Source: Octopus sinensis
Lineage: Eukaryota
Reading direction: 5' to 3'
DNA length: 64,000 nucleotides
NCBI RefSeq assembly: GCF_006345805.1
Contig: NC_042997.1
Location: 153,326,001-153,390,000, forward strand
Shown: in pieces, positions 48,881 to 62,949 of the stretch
Layout of the letters: each line of letters starts with the position of its first letter
How positions within the stretch are numbered: position 1 is the stretch's first letter
Position numbers and translations under genes: made by a program
The notes under the pieces: model-generated
Told to the model about the DNA's origin: nothing
What the model saw: only the letters and a program-made list of their open reading frames with translations
Databases searched by the model: none

Positions 48881-51800
48881 TGAAAGCAATAGTATACTGT
48901 TTCAATTTGAAGTGAAGTAACAAGCTTCTTAGAGCGATTTCGTTTTTACTTTACTTTGATAATGAACTAAAAGAATCATTAAATATGTATTCTTGATGAG
49001 GCACAGTTGTATTTATGATTTGGGAATAAATACTGTTCTGTACAACTCAAATTACTTTAAAGAATTAAACTTAAGAGTCCTTAAGTGTTACTTTTCACTA
49101 AGTATTTCTTGGTGAATTAAATCTTCGTTTAAAACCTGAAAAGAAAGCATAGCGTCTATTGTAATGAGTGCTTGGATTCTTCCAACCCTATGGTTAACGT
49201 GATGTATCAATAATCTCAGCATGTTATGTAATGTAGTGGTTGTAAGGAGTTGTATGAATAACAGTTGTCTTGGTGCATGTGGTGCTGAATGTGATAAAAC
49301 CAGAATATGAAACTTCAGTCTTACTTTAGATATTCGAAAAGTACACTTTGAAACATTTAGTCCTGTATATAAATCTATGTGTGTGCATGCGCGTGCACTT
49401 GTGAGTATATTTACACAGCATGCACACACGCAAAAATAAGCGCGCACGCACACACACACACACATACACACACACACACACATACGCAAATTTGATGAAA
49501 ACTGCCCAAAGGTCGGTGTTTCTCCTGTTAGAGATATGAAGTTTATAAGTTCACAATAATAATGGAGTCCCCACAGTACTATTGATATATAGCACTCTAG
49601 CGTACTCACGCTGTAGTTTGAATCTTAAGGAATAAAATCTTATCAGTTTCTCAACGTTTTCTTAGATGCGTTCTTTGATGTATGTATATTGAATACACCG
49701 TAACGTAATCATTTTTACCGCACCATTTTTGTCTTCGTCACTTCCTGCTCGTCATCAGCATCACCTTTAGAAAAATAGAAATTCACAACAATGAAGATCT
49801 ATGCAATGAGCTAAATATCTTTCATACAAAATATTCATTTTTCTTGGGTATTTTTGTTCGCTTGACGGTTGTTCGGGGTGGGGTTGTTTTTGTTGACTTT
49901 TTGTTAGAAAGATGTTTTTGTTTGTGCCTTGTGATATCAAAACAATATCTTCTGTGGCGATGTCATGTACAGTATAGCTACTGTCGAATTCCCGGTAAGA
50001 TGACATCTCGCTATGCATCTAATTTATATTTAGAAAAGGCCATGAATGCATAATTTCCTGTATACCTTTGCCAAGACAGCATCTCAATATACTAATGATT
50101 GATTCCAATAAGAAGACGTTAATACATAATCTTTTGATTACGTCTTCTTAAAATATACGGTTTTAGTACCTTTTCTAAACGAAATCAATACTTTCTGAAG
50201 TGTTGAAATTGCAGTGAATATTGATTAGATGCCTTAATCATCAGTGTTGTGTGCTCTTAGTAGAAATTGAAATTCTCTAAATCTTTCTCGGCTCATTTGA
50301 ATGGCATTGGAGTAGGCAAGATAAAGGCGCAGAAATGCTTCCATTACTGAATATTGAACCTAAAGAAATTGATAAGAAATTCCAGGTTGAACTTTTCTGT
50401 AATAATAATCAATATAAAGAATTGATGGAAGGTTGAATGAATGAATTCTATTTTATGTTTTTGTTTGCTTCCAGAGGCAGCTAAGGGAATATTTAAATTT
50501 GCAATATAATAGAAGCATAAAGAAATCCTGAATTCTGAAATTATCTTGATAGTGGCTCAGTAACCTTGTATGTGTGCATATTTAAGTAGAGGTTCGTAAA
50601 CAGAATCACAATTAGAGAGAGCAGTGTGAGAAAGGCTTGCTTAGAGGCAAATGTTGCTGACAATAGTGGTTTATGAAACAGATACTAATTATATGATCAT
50701 TGCGTGATTTTTTATAGAATAATTTCAGAATATACTTTACATGAGCTTCTTAGTAAACATAGAGTGCGGCTTTTACTTTTGTTTTAAATAATAACGTAAG
50801 TTTAGAATTTATTTTCCATCAATGAAATACATACAATGTTGATTTAATGATATGTAACTCTAGGTCCAATTGTTTCTAACTTCTATTTTTCTCGTGATGA
50901 GATTCGAATAGGAGAAGGGGAGTGAGAATGTAAATTACCAAACTAAATGTATACTTTTAATTTCGTCGTCGTGAGCGCCGCAAAAAGCATATAGTAGAAT
51001 CTTACATATGTAGTATAGTGAATTGAACAACTTCGATGAACAGAGGCTCTTTAAAGTATTTTGTAAGCAAATACTCCCTCTAGTAGCACTTCAAAATCTA
51101 AAATGCACTAGTAGTAGTATTTGTTGTTGTTCAATCCAAGTCAGCCTAGATCCCACAGACCGCTGATCACAGACATTCGAGCTTTAGCCATACTGTTTAC
51201 AGTCTTTGGCTACTATTCCTCCGAGGACCAACGACCTAACATCTAATAGATTTATCCGGCTAATCTCGATCGTTCGACACCATTAATTATGTTAATGGGG
51301 TTTAACACAAATCAGTATAGCGTAGACACACAACGAAAGGTATTCCATCTGTCTCCACTTATTCTAGATGCATCTCGGAGAACATTATCCAACATGTTCT
51401 TCCTTTTTTCTTTTTTGAGTTGTTAGGCTGAATTTGACGGAGATCCGGCTGATATTTATATCAGGTTACCTGACAATATATTATATATATTTTGGAGACA
51501 CTATCTTTGGAAGATATGTTCACTTCAGCCTTTTATCAAAAAGTATCATTCATTTATGGGTAACATCACAATTTTTCTCTAATATAGTTAAATTAATGTA
51601 TATATATATTAGCAAATTTCTTCGTATGATTTTGGTTTTACAATCTCCAGTAAAATTTATCTTTTTTCTTAAGAAAAGAAGGCAATGTTTCTTTCGTTCT
51701 TCACTTCGTTTTAGCTAGTATGCTATGATCATTCAGGAGCACCATTTTTTCTTACTCTTTTGTCTGTCACAAAGGAATGGTTGTGTGTGTGTTTTAGATA

Positions 51801-52788
51801 CTTATAATTTAATACATAATCTTATATTTATATTACACAGCCTTCTGGTGCAATTTTTAGCTCTCTATAAAGAATATTATTTCTGGCTTGTTATGAATCT
51901 ACTGGTGACAGAATTCAACTACCGCAAAGTACCAATTTCTTTAGTACCATGAAGTTACTGAATAACCCCTGATGATTTCTTCGCTTACGTTATATATTTC
52001 GTGGAAGAATATAATGGTATATTTGGCTTCCTACTTTTGAGTAACTCTAAAGCTAGATACAGACAATTTTGCCGCATACATCACAGTGCTCAGAATGTAA
52101 AAGACCGTAACTAAATACTACAATGGATTTCGTCCAATGCTCTAGCATTCCTGGAATGGCATTATGATTTATCAGCCTACGAAAGATAAAAAAAAAAATC
52201 AAGATGAGTTCGGTACGATTTGAACTCAGAACATAAAGAGGCAGAGCAACTACTACACAAATATTGCGTCAGACATTCAAATGAGTCTGCCAATTCGCCG
52301 CCAATATTATCATGTGAGGACGAGATATTGAAAAATGACATGTAATACAAAGAGTCATTGTTCCACCGTAAGACTTCACATAGAGTGACAAGAATACATC
52401 AATTTGACAGAGGGCATCTCTCTTCAGGAGAAACTCATGGGGAATGAAATTACGCAACAAATTATGCACAAGCTCTTTCAGATATACAAATAATTATTCT
52501 GAACAGCGAAAACAACGAAAAAAGCAGCAGCAGCAGCAGCAAAAACAACAACAGCAAAATAGATAATGATTTCTTACATTATTTGTTCAAAAGTACAAAT
52601 ACATAAAGTTTTGTTCATTAATTATTCATGGCGTAGACATGGGTATGTGCCTAAGAAGCTCGATTTTCAACCAAGTGGTGTTGGATTCAGTCCCATTGGC
52701 GAGACTTCATTGGAGAAGTGCCTTCTGCTTAAGCCTGGAGACATCGAATGTCTTCTGAACGAATTTAGTAGACGTAAACTGCAAGATC

Positions 52789-52838
<50 letters not shown>

Positions 52839-52845
52839 GAATATA

Positions 52846-53044
52846 CGAGGGGTGCTGAAAAGTTCCTAGCTTTAAGTGTATTGATAAAGGCCTGGTTGGA
52901 AGCACAAACTTGCGAGTGCTTTTACAGGACCGCTGCAATAAGTGTGTGAATCTGAGAGGGGAATATGTTGAATAAAATCATAATTAGCTGATTCTCCTGT
53001 ATTTTCTTTTTACCCAAAAGCCAGGAATGTTTCACCCCCCATCC
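52846..53044 (+). mobile_element. Internally deleted mariner derivative
   Basis: TA-cgaggggtgctgaaaagttcc left end, gccaggaatgtttcacccc right end, and the transposase C-terminus RCNKCVNLRGEYVE*. Confidence 0.8.
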
Positions 53045-53070
53045 TATATATATATATATATATATATATA

Positions 53071-53920
53071 CTGGGAGTGATGTGTAAATTGTCACCATTT
53101 AATATTTTAAATTTCGAGCATGCTCATTGTTTGTTTTTGATTTTGTCGATTACACAGTATAGTAGGGTCAGTTTGGCACCGTCTGTGAGAAAAGCAGTAC
53201 CATGATGCAATTCACTCTGCCAGAAATTTGGAAACGACATACTGTACTGCTTGGCATTCACACCGGAAGTTCCAATACGAACATTTCAGAGTGTGTGAGC
53301 GTCAATCTGAAGACAGTGCAATCTGAGGACATGTACCGAGAGATAAAAATCAAACATCCAGTCAACATCATGGTGTTTGGAGTGATCACTAGTGATGGCC
53401 ACTCTATACCTCCATTCCTCTTCCTATACGGTCTCAGACTCAACAAGGAGGCCTACATCAAGTGCCTGGAGGAGATAGTACTGCGCTGGGTCAAGAGAGT
53501 GTCTGCTGGAAGAGCCTGTATCTGGTAACAGGACCCTACTCCATGCTACACAAGCAGGAGAACCCACTCATGTCTGTCAAAAAATTTCTGCGACCACATC
53601 ACCCCTAACATCGGACCACCTAACTCCCCATTGATTATTTTGTGTGGGGCGCAGTTGAGCGAGAGACCGACAAGACTCCTTGTAAAACCAAAGATGAACT
53701 GAAAGCAAGGATTATCGCAGCATTTACCCACTTAAACAAGGAGACCATCCAGAAGAGTTGCAGGAGATTCCGAAGGCGTGTGGAGGCCGTTGCTGAAGCC
53801 AATGTCGATTAGTATTTCAAGATATTTTTATGCAATTTTGGTAAATATATCTTTTAAAATGAGGTATCAGTGTTATTTTCATTTTTGCGTAATTTAGACA
53901 ATATATTCACCGCTCCCTTG
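53071..53920 (+). mobile_element. Tc1/mariner (maT/DD37D-like) relic with internal deletion
   Basis: KHPVNIMVFGVITSDG..W*QD..PPNSP..DYFVWGAVERE..RRRVEAVAEAN; imperfect TIRs ctgggagtgatgtgtaaattgtc / gacaatatattcaccgctcccttg. Confidence 0.85.
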
Positions 53921-54642
53921 ATGTAAATATATATATATATATATATATATAGTAAGTTATGCACGTGTGTGTTAGCGTTTGTCCCCAACTACTACTTGCC
54001 AACCGTTGTTGGTTAGTTTACATCTTTATGAATTAGCGGTTCGGCAAAAGATTCCAATAGAATAACTACCAGGCTAAGGAAATAGGTACAGGGGTCGTTA
54101 TTGCCTAGACATTATAACCATAAACATCCTGAAGCGTGCATGTGTGCTTTTGTGTGTATAAAATGTTTTCATATACTATACATAAATTAATTAAGGGACC
54201 CTCTTCTGTAAAGCGTTACGGTATGATTTGAAGGCTATTTGGCTACTGTTTTTAGCGAACCAAACGACTATTACTTTTGTTGTTGCTGTTTAATCTCATG
54301 TTCACCTTAAACCAGTAGACATATGACGAAATATATTTCTTCCGAGACAGACACGCTACCCACCTTTAGAGAATCACTTGTCCCTTTTGGAAATCGGCAG
54401 GTTGGGGAAGACCTGGCTGTCATTTCGAACATGTCGCGCGACTACGTACGCGCTCGCTAGGGAATATGACTTTATAGAAAGAAGCGCTAAGAAGAAACAG
54501 TCTGTGGTTAATTCTTGCGTGGTGCTGGGAAGTGAACTCTTAACTCCTACCCAACAAGGAAAATTATCTTTCGAAGTATGCAGTTTGTACTTGTAAAAGC
54601 AGTATGGACCCATAAGCGCGAGCAATATTTTGATGGAGGAAA

Positions 54643-54845
54643 GACGGCGAACTGGCAGAATCGTTACCGCGTCAGACAAATTTATTTTGACTTTACGTTC
54701 TAAGTTCAAATGCTGCCTAGGTCGACTTTACCCTTTGTGCTTTTCGGTGTCGATAAAATAAGTACCAGTTGAGCATTTGCGTCGATGGACTCGACATAGC
54801 CCCTCCCACGAAACTGCTGGCCTTGTGCTACTTGTGCTAAAATTT
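54643..54845 (+). mobile_element. S2 SINE
   Basis: ggcgaactggcagaatcgtt..gttctaagttcaaatgctgcctaggtcgac. Confidence 0.82.
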
Positions 54846-55503
54846 GAATCCAATATTTTAATGTGAATATTATTTGAGACATGTAGAGGTTAGCTACTTA
54901 ACTGGTGAAATCTTACATATTTTCCGGTCCAAAAGTGAATGTAATTGTTGTAATGTTATGTACGTATTTGTGTGCATATACCTATATATGTGTGTCGGTT
55001 TGTGTGTATGAGTTTGTGTAATTTGAAACAGCATTTGATAATGTGACGCCTAGAATTTGTTTCTTTGTTTATTTTGTCTTCCTTAAATAGATATAACGCT
55101 TATACATGACTGGTATACATTCATTGCGCCAGGAAGAATAAAACTCAAGGTAAGACGAAAGATGAAGGTGCTCATGTCTTTCTCCACTGAAATACGTTTG
55201 GCATGTGGCTGTGTATATGTGTGTAAAGTAAAAACGTTTTATGCGTTTAAGATATTATTATTTGTTATGCTAGGAGATTGCGAAACAGGAAGCAAATCTC
55301 ATATAAGGCGGAATTAATACCTCGTCTAAGTTTCACACATGTAAAGAGTGAGAAAGAAAGAGACGTTGATGCCAAAATGACAGCCAAAATTTCCTCAATC
55401 AGTTGCTAAAGAAAAGCAAATTAATTTCAAGCTAGAATCGAAAATTTATCGCACAAAACAGCTCGCTGAATGCTTCCTTTGCTCTGCTTTTTTCGCCGCG
55501 TGT

Positions 55504-55545
<42 letters not shown>

Positions 55546-57119
55546 AGTAGTTATTTTACAGATTATATTATAATTTTACAAAACTAATAACTGAAATCTA
55601 TAGATAACACTTTCAACCACCGATTAGGATTTCATTACCTTAAAAATAATATTTGTCTTGATTTTCGTTTGAAAGAAAAACAATGTCGGACAATATGAAA
55701 CATAAGACCGTTTTTTTTAAATTCTGTTTTCGTTGTTTTATCAGTGATTTAACATTGAAGATAAACAGAATGAGACAATCTAAGCGCTAGAAAGAACATT
55801 GTTTAAAAGAGAAGTAATTGGGTATCATACTGTTAATAGCTAATTCAATAGGAAGGTTAAACTGAATAAATAAATAAATATTCCTAAGTAGCAAACCGGT
55901 ACAAGAGACACTCATGAACTTGTGAATGGTCATGTGATTAAGAAGTTTATATAACATTAGCTAAAATACTGTGATGTACAGAAACGTTACTCGAATGATT
56001 CCGACGGGGCGTAATTCTCTAAAGGTACTGTTATTCTTCTTGAAGAAAGACCTGAACCGATTCCCAATCTAACACCAATAGCTGTCCTTTGGACACATTA
56101 AGCGGAGTACTTCCTATTGCAATTATTTGACCTAGTTCTCCAGTATGGGTATAAATTTTCTCCCGTCAACTTTTCACTTGACTCGAAGACGCAATCTTCC
56201 ATCATTTGTCAATGTGCTACTGTATTTGAAATGAGCGCTCTTAATGATGGACTAGTAGAGTTTAATACAGTTAATATAGTACAATTATCTTGTTTGGTAC
56301 CGAATAGTTCCGTAAAATTATATCCTAATTACATCATAATTACATCATAACTAATCATGAGCCTAGAAAACACCATAAATCTGTTTATTTTTAATATATA
56401 TATCAAGTTAAGTTGTTTACAAGATTCGACGAAAGTTTTGTAATTATGGCTTTAAAAAAATGGACCCCAAAAATTTCCTACTTCTCTTCTAATGCGAGCC
56501 CAGAAAAATCTGTTATCTCTTACACTATTACAGTATTACGTCTGTATTGTTATGTGAGATAATGTCCTATATATTACGTATTCCTTATGCTTTCCAAAAC
56601 CGAGTTACAGATTTTGACGTATGGGGTATCAAAATATTCAGTACTATTTTGGCTACAAATTAAACTTAATTTCCATTCACATATTTGCATTTCAAAAATT
56701 TAACATAACCTTTTATACGATGATGTCACATTTTCTATAGGTGTGTGCACCTTAAAAGACATCAATCATCACGACACACACTTTCACTCACTCACTCTAT
56801 CTCTCCGTCTCACCCTCTTTCTCTCTCACATACGCACGCACACACACACTCACACACACACACACACACACGTCTATTTCATATAGACGTACACACATCT
56901 TTCACTTTCTCTGTTCTTTTCACTTTCTCTTCTTTCAATTACTGCTCTCTTCAAATAAAATTTTTACGGATACAACTGCTTACAAAAATAGGGATTAATG
57001 TATAATTTCTTTCTATGTTCATAATTTTTTGTTTACAATATTAGGAAAAATATGACACCATAGAAAAGACGTAATCTCTCCAGAAACAAGTATAAAGCAA
57101 GGAGGATTGTAGAGAACCT

Positions 57120-57715
57120 AAAGCGAGGGTCTGAAGAGAGAAGCTAGATGAGATTTTCTCGAGATCAACAAATGCATGTTGCAGCACTTAATGCTGGATC
57201 ATTAAATCAATGCTTTAATGATTAGACAGAGGTCCAATAGAATAGCTCTCAGAAACAGACTACGTACAAATTTGTTCTTCACAACTCCTGAAGCTGTTTT
57301 CAGATATGATCTATCCCATTTTTATAAAAAATAATATCTCTGTCCAAATTGGTGTGTTAAACACAAATTGTCTTTTCTGTAGAGCCTTCAAATTTTCAAA
57401 TGAAACAAATGGTATGTGCTGCTCAGGCGGTCAAGTAACACTGCCAGCTTCTTCTCAACCTCTTATGAATCTTCTAGAAGGCATTTCCATCCAGCCAAAC
57501 GATTTTCTGAACAATATCAGAAAATACAACTCTGCCATCGTTTGGTGCATCTAAGAAGATAGATAAACATGAATTTACGACGACGTCCAAAGTTCAAGGG
57601 CATGTCTATCACCTCATTGGTTCCCTGTTACACACAAATAAGCAACCACAGTTCCTCAAAATTTACTTTATGAGTGATGTAATACAACAAGCCCGAAGTA
57701 TGTGTCAGCATATCA
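57120..57715 (+). mobile_element. Helitron Rep/Hel N-terminal coding fragment (disrupted)
   Basis: IGVLNTNCLFCRAFKFSNETNGMCCSGGQVTLP..FLNNIRKYNSA, then KVQGHVYHLIGSL..PQFLKIYF, characteristic Helitron-like N-terminal motifs. Confidence 0.88.
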
Positions 57716-57984
57716 GATGATGGGTCGTTTTAGACCCAGCGCCGACTGCTGCAAAAGAGAGTATATCTACTGACAGTCCGGTGCGTTCAAAAATCCCATA
57801 ACCCCCACAGGTTAGGACCTGAAATACTCCAAACGGACGCATAGCATGTTGTTTAGTCGAATTAGCCCATCATTTACTCCACAAATATTTTGTTGTCAAT
57901 GCTTCCCTTTCCCATATCACCTGTTTCAACATAACTGTAATGTATTTTATACAAATTAATCCATTTAAATCCCGAGCAACGTTA

Positions 57985-58060
<76 letters not shown>

Positions 58061-58062
<2 letters not shown>

Positions 58063-60259
58063 TCTATTTGTTGGGCCTGTAAACTCAATTTTACTGTTGG
58101 TGCTGGTTGATTTAGAGTTTCTTTAAAGTGTTCCTCCCATTTTGCATTTTGTTGTTCTTCTCTTAGCAGAGCCATTCTCCAAGCAGCAAAAGTAAAGCCC
58201 CTGAATGCAATTGTAAGCGAACGACGATTGGGAATGGCTGGACACATACTAAGACTGTCAGAGAAGCTTGTGAAAACAGCCATGGGCTGGAACGCGCTTG
58301 GAGGTAAGAGAAAAATAAGCCAGCCAAGGAAAACATGACATAGTATCTTCAAAGAAGACCTGTGCAGACTGAACATCACCTGGAAAGAAGCGTACCGGTT
58401 GGTCAGAGACGGAAATAATTGGCGATCACTGACTGCCCGATGTGCTGCTCAAAGGCACCAACGGACCTAAGAAGATATATACATACACACACACACACGT
58501 GTATGTAAATTACTCATATGTATACGTATGTATCTGTATATATGGACATACGTATGTGTGTGTGTGTTATGTATGTATATATTGTATTATTAAGCCGTTT
58601 GTGGGCATTACTGGTAACATGTAAACTAAAACAACTAGCTGCCAAGCTGGATCTTGGACATCATGCTGTGACATCATGCTGTGATATTGGACATCATGCT
58701 GAATGAAAACCGCAACCTACCAAAGAGCAGATAAACTCAAAAGATTCAACTACCATTCAATATTATTAAGAATTGTAAGGCGGTGAGCTGGCAAAATAGT
58801 TAGCATGTCGAACAAAATGCCTAGAAGCATTTCGTCCGTCTTTACGTTGTGAGTTCAAATATGTTGCCGAGGTCGACTTCGCCGTTCATCCTTCGGGGTG
58901 GATAAAATAGACACCAGTTGGACTTGGGTCGATGTAGTCAACTCTACTCCAGAAGCTACTGATCGTGAACTAAAATTCGAAATAAATATTACGCATACAT
59001 GTGTGTGCATAAACTCTCATGCATATATCTGTATACATATGTACAAGTGAAGAATATATTTACTTAGAAGCTTTCAGTCTTTTGAAATCCTTTCAACATA
59101 TTCAATAAACATTATCTGTGTTTATGTATGGTTTATAATTTGTGTGTGTGTGTGTGGTGTGTGTGTGTGTGTGTGTGTGATCTATTTGTTGGGCCTGTAA
59201 ACTCAATTTTACTGTTGGTGCTGGTTGATTTAGAGTTTCTTTAAAGTGTTCCTCCCATTTTGCATTTTGTTGTTCTTCTCTTAGCAGAGCCATTCTCCAA
59301 GCAGCAAAAGTAAAGCCCCTGAATGCAATTGTAAGCGAACGACGATTGGGAATGGCTGGACACATACTAAGACTGTCAGAGAAGCTTGTGAAAACAGCCA
59401 TGGGCTGGAACGCGCTTGGAGGTAAGAGAAAAATAAGCCAGCCAAGGAAAACATGACATAGTATCTTCAAAGAAGACCTGTGCAGACTGAACATCACCTG
59501 GAAAGAAGCGTACCGGTTGGTCAGAGACGGAAATAATTGGCGATCACTGACTGCCCGATGTGCTGCTCAAAGGCACCAACGGACCTAAGAAGATATATAC
59601 ATACACACACACACACGTGTATGTAAATTACTCATATGTATACGTATGTATCTGTATATATGGACATACGTATGTGTGTGTGTGTTATGTATGTATATAT
59701 TGTATTATTAAGCCGTTTGTGGGCATTACTGGTAACATGTAAACTAAAACAACTAGCTGCCAAGCTGGATCTTGGACATCATGCTGTGACATCATGCTGT
59801 GATATTGGACATCATGCTGAATGAAAACCGCAACCTACCAAAGAGCAGATAAACTCAAAAGATTCAACTACCATTCAATATTATTAAGAATTGTAAGGCG
59901 GTGAGCTGGCAAAATAGTTAGCATGTCGAACAAAATGCCTAGAAGCATTTCGTCCGTCTTTACGTTGTGAGTTCAAATATGTTGCCGAGGTCGACTTCGC
60001 CGTTCATCCTTCGGGGTGGATAAAATAGACACCAGTTGGACTTGGGTCGATGTAGTCAACTCTACTCCAGAAGCTACTGATCGTGAACTAAAATTCGAAA
60101 TAAATATTACGCATACATGTGTGTGCATAAACTCTCATGCATATATCTGTATACATATGTACAAGTGAAGAATATATTTACTTAGAAGCTTTCAGTCTTT
60201 TGAAATCCTTTCAACATATTCAATAAACATTATCTGTGTTTATGTATGGTTTATAATTT
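58061..60259. repeat. Direct tandem duplication, period 1118 bp, breakpoints in (GT)n runs
   Basis: 58061-59141 repeats at 59179-60259; paired ORFs are offset by exactly 1118; no differences noticed by eye. Confidence 0.96.
58140..58470 (+). mobile_element. RTE-type LINE 3' fragment (duplicated at 59258-59588)
   Basis: ERRLGMAGHILRL..KTAMGW..GGKRK..PRKT..FKEDL..WRSLTARC. Confidence 0.8.
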
Positions 60260-60511
60260 GTGTGTGTGTGTGTGTGTGTGTGCGTGTGTGTTAAACTGTA
60301 TTGACTACTGGACTGACATAAAACAATGTATTAGATAATAACTCTGGAATCTTATCAGCCTCCTAAATAGTACCTTCATTATATGTTTTAGAAATACGAT
60401 AGCTGAGCAGTAATTATCGAGAACCGATGCGCGTGCGATTCTAACGGAGGCAGGATTCCACAACCAACTACACTACATATGGCTCTGTGTGTAAATGTGT
60501 ATATATATATA

Positions 60512-60595
<84 letters not shown>

Positions 60596-61651
60596 GACAG
60601 AGCGTGTGTATATGTATATGCGTACATATAGAGAGTGCACATTAATAATTAAATGTTAAGTATTTGTTTATTTAATCAGATTATATATGAATTGAAAGAG
60701 ATTTCTTTTTTACGCTTCTAAATTATATATGATTATATACCAAAATGTTCAATTATAATTCAATAATACTGTCTATAGCTGCATAATTGACTTAATAACT
60801 GTATCGCATCACCACAAAACGAATATCACTTAATTTTAGAGTATAGAAATATATAATTTATTTTTAATGAAATAGAATCTCTGTTAAACTCGAGAATAAT
60901 CATCAGACAATTGTACGTAGTCGAATGTTAAAATTTTTTCAAAACAGATTCACGGCTGCAAGGCATTATTTTGCAAATGTGGTGATCACAACAAGCTTAT
61001 TATTTTATGTGTTGGTCACAACAGACTTATACGCCCAATAAGATATTGTAGAGACTAGGCATACAACCCATTAACGCAAACCCCCGGACTTCGTTCAATA
61101 CTCGTGTTTACACGTTTCTCTAAGTTTCATATTGAATTTATATCGAGGTATCTTGCTTGCCTCTGTAACTCTGATTTTCTTGGTATTAATGACATTCTTA
61201 ATTATTTCTGATATTCTCCAGGTCGTGGTCAGGTAAATAAAATATTTACGGCACACTCAAATAGCTTTTAAAATATGGAAGCTTAGTTTTCTTTAAGGTC
61301 GTTAAGTACTGCACATTATTCTTTATAATGCTCTTGGATCAATTCCTCATGAGACACTCAGTCCCAGACTATAACATGGCGTCCCTCTTCTTTGCCGATA
61401 CATTCATACCCTTCAGTGAAATTCTTCTCTTTTACGATCAGGCGCACACTCAGCCAAGTGAGCCAACCTATTTTAATTTCGATTCATGCAACAAAGAGAT
61501 ATTTGACCAGTCTGATGACTTCCTGTTCTTATCCTCCTGGACGAACTAAATATATGCGAGATTAGCAAAGTTCTAGAGAAAAAATATGACTGTTTTTTAG
61601 GTGCAACATATCCCATAAGCACAAAGTAGTTTTGTTAACTTTATTTATATA

Positions 61652-61850
61652 CAGGGTGGGACAGAGAGGACGGACGTTTTTGAAATTACTATTACTGTGT
61701 CCCAGAGGGAGTGACATATGTCCGACAGGTACCATTCGTGGTGTCTTAGCATTTTTCATTCTTTTCAGGTGAAGCCAAGGCGCTGTGGGCGATAGAACAT
61801 CGCGTTTTTGCCTACGATAGTTACGTGAAGAAAACTTTTGAGCCAAATTA
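61652..61850 (+). mobile_element. Tc1/mariner 5' end fragment
   Basis: TA-cagggtggg terminus followed by ALWAIEHRVFAYDSYVK, resembling a transposase N-terminal helix. Confidence 0.6.
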
Positions 61851-62271
61851 ACACGATATAATCCACTCCATCTATTCATTCACATAATAAAATTACCATT
61901 CGACGAAAACCATATTCGTTATTATTCGTCTTGCACATTTTTTTCTCTTCTCCTTCTCTCTAGCTCGATTATCAGTCCCATTTTTCAAGAAATGTGCTTG
62001 CCTTTTCGCTTCGCTTTTCTATTTTTAACCTTCACATTTTCTTCTGCTAGTTTTAATGGTTTGATAAATCCTCCTTCTCGAGAGATGCCAGATTCCTTCA
62101 TTTAGATTCTGTGGTACAATCTGGCCTGCTTTCACTACTACTTCTTCTATTACTACTTTTAAAATATTCCCATCAAAATACTACATGCTTTTCCATAGAT
62201 TTTCTGCCTTATAAGCCATTCTTGGTGAAACTGCGAAGTCGCTCAAGATTTTTTAAGAAAGAAATATGTAA

Positions 62272-62331
<60 letters not shown>

Positions 62332-62949
62332 GGGTGTATGCTAGCGTGTTTTATCGATATTTTTATGCGTTTAAGTTGGAAGTGCAGGTTCATTTGCGTA
62401 TAGAGTAGACAACGTCAGATTAAAACAATTTTCGACTTAGATTATTTAGCAGATATTGATACTCATGTATCTTTCTTCTATTGAAATCCTATAACGATCG
62501 ACTCTACCATTCATCCTACGTTCGTCTATAAAATATGCTGTAGCCATCAAGTCAGTCGATTATACCCCTAACCTTCACTTTACCTTAAAAACCTACTTCT
62601 GCTTCAGTAAAACAAAATCAATGGCACTAATATTCGTCAGTTATTTGCGCTGATAAATTAATTGGAGTTAACCCAGGTTTTTTTCCTTGGACCAGTGATT
62701 AATTCAGCCGGATTGGTATGTGATTTAATTGCGACAATTAACGTGTGGCGGAGGATCAAAGAGTATTCCAGAATAATTTGTCGAGATTCACTGAAAAGTA
62801 ATCGATAAAGTTACACACACGCACGCACAAAGATATATAGTAACATATATATAAGTTTATTTTCATTTTTGCTCACATTCTCAAAATATGGTTATAATAT
62901 TTCAGCAAAGAATGTATTCGCTAAGCTTTCAAGAGTAGGAAGAAAGAAG

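Larger units (their letters stand above)
52628..54100 (+). mobile_element. Old S1 SINE split by (TA)n containing two mariner-type insertions
   Basis: 5' half at 52628-52790 (..ggattcagtccc..gtagacgtaaactg); 3' half at 53955-54100 (..gcggttcggcaaaagattccaatagaataactaccagg). Confidence 0.7.

Noticed and set aside
57718-57872. Short element with weak inverted ends (atgatgggtc.. / ..gcccatcat)
   Set aside because: The terminal match is only about 8 bp, there is no TSD, and it is single-copy in the window.
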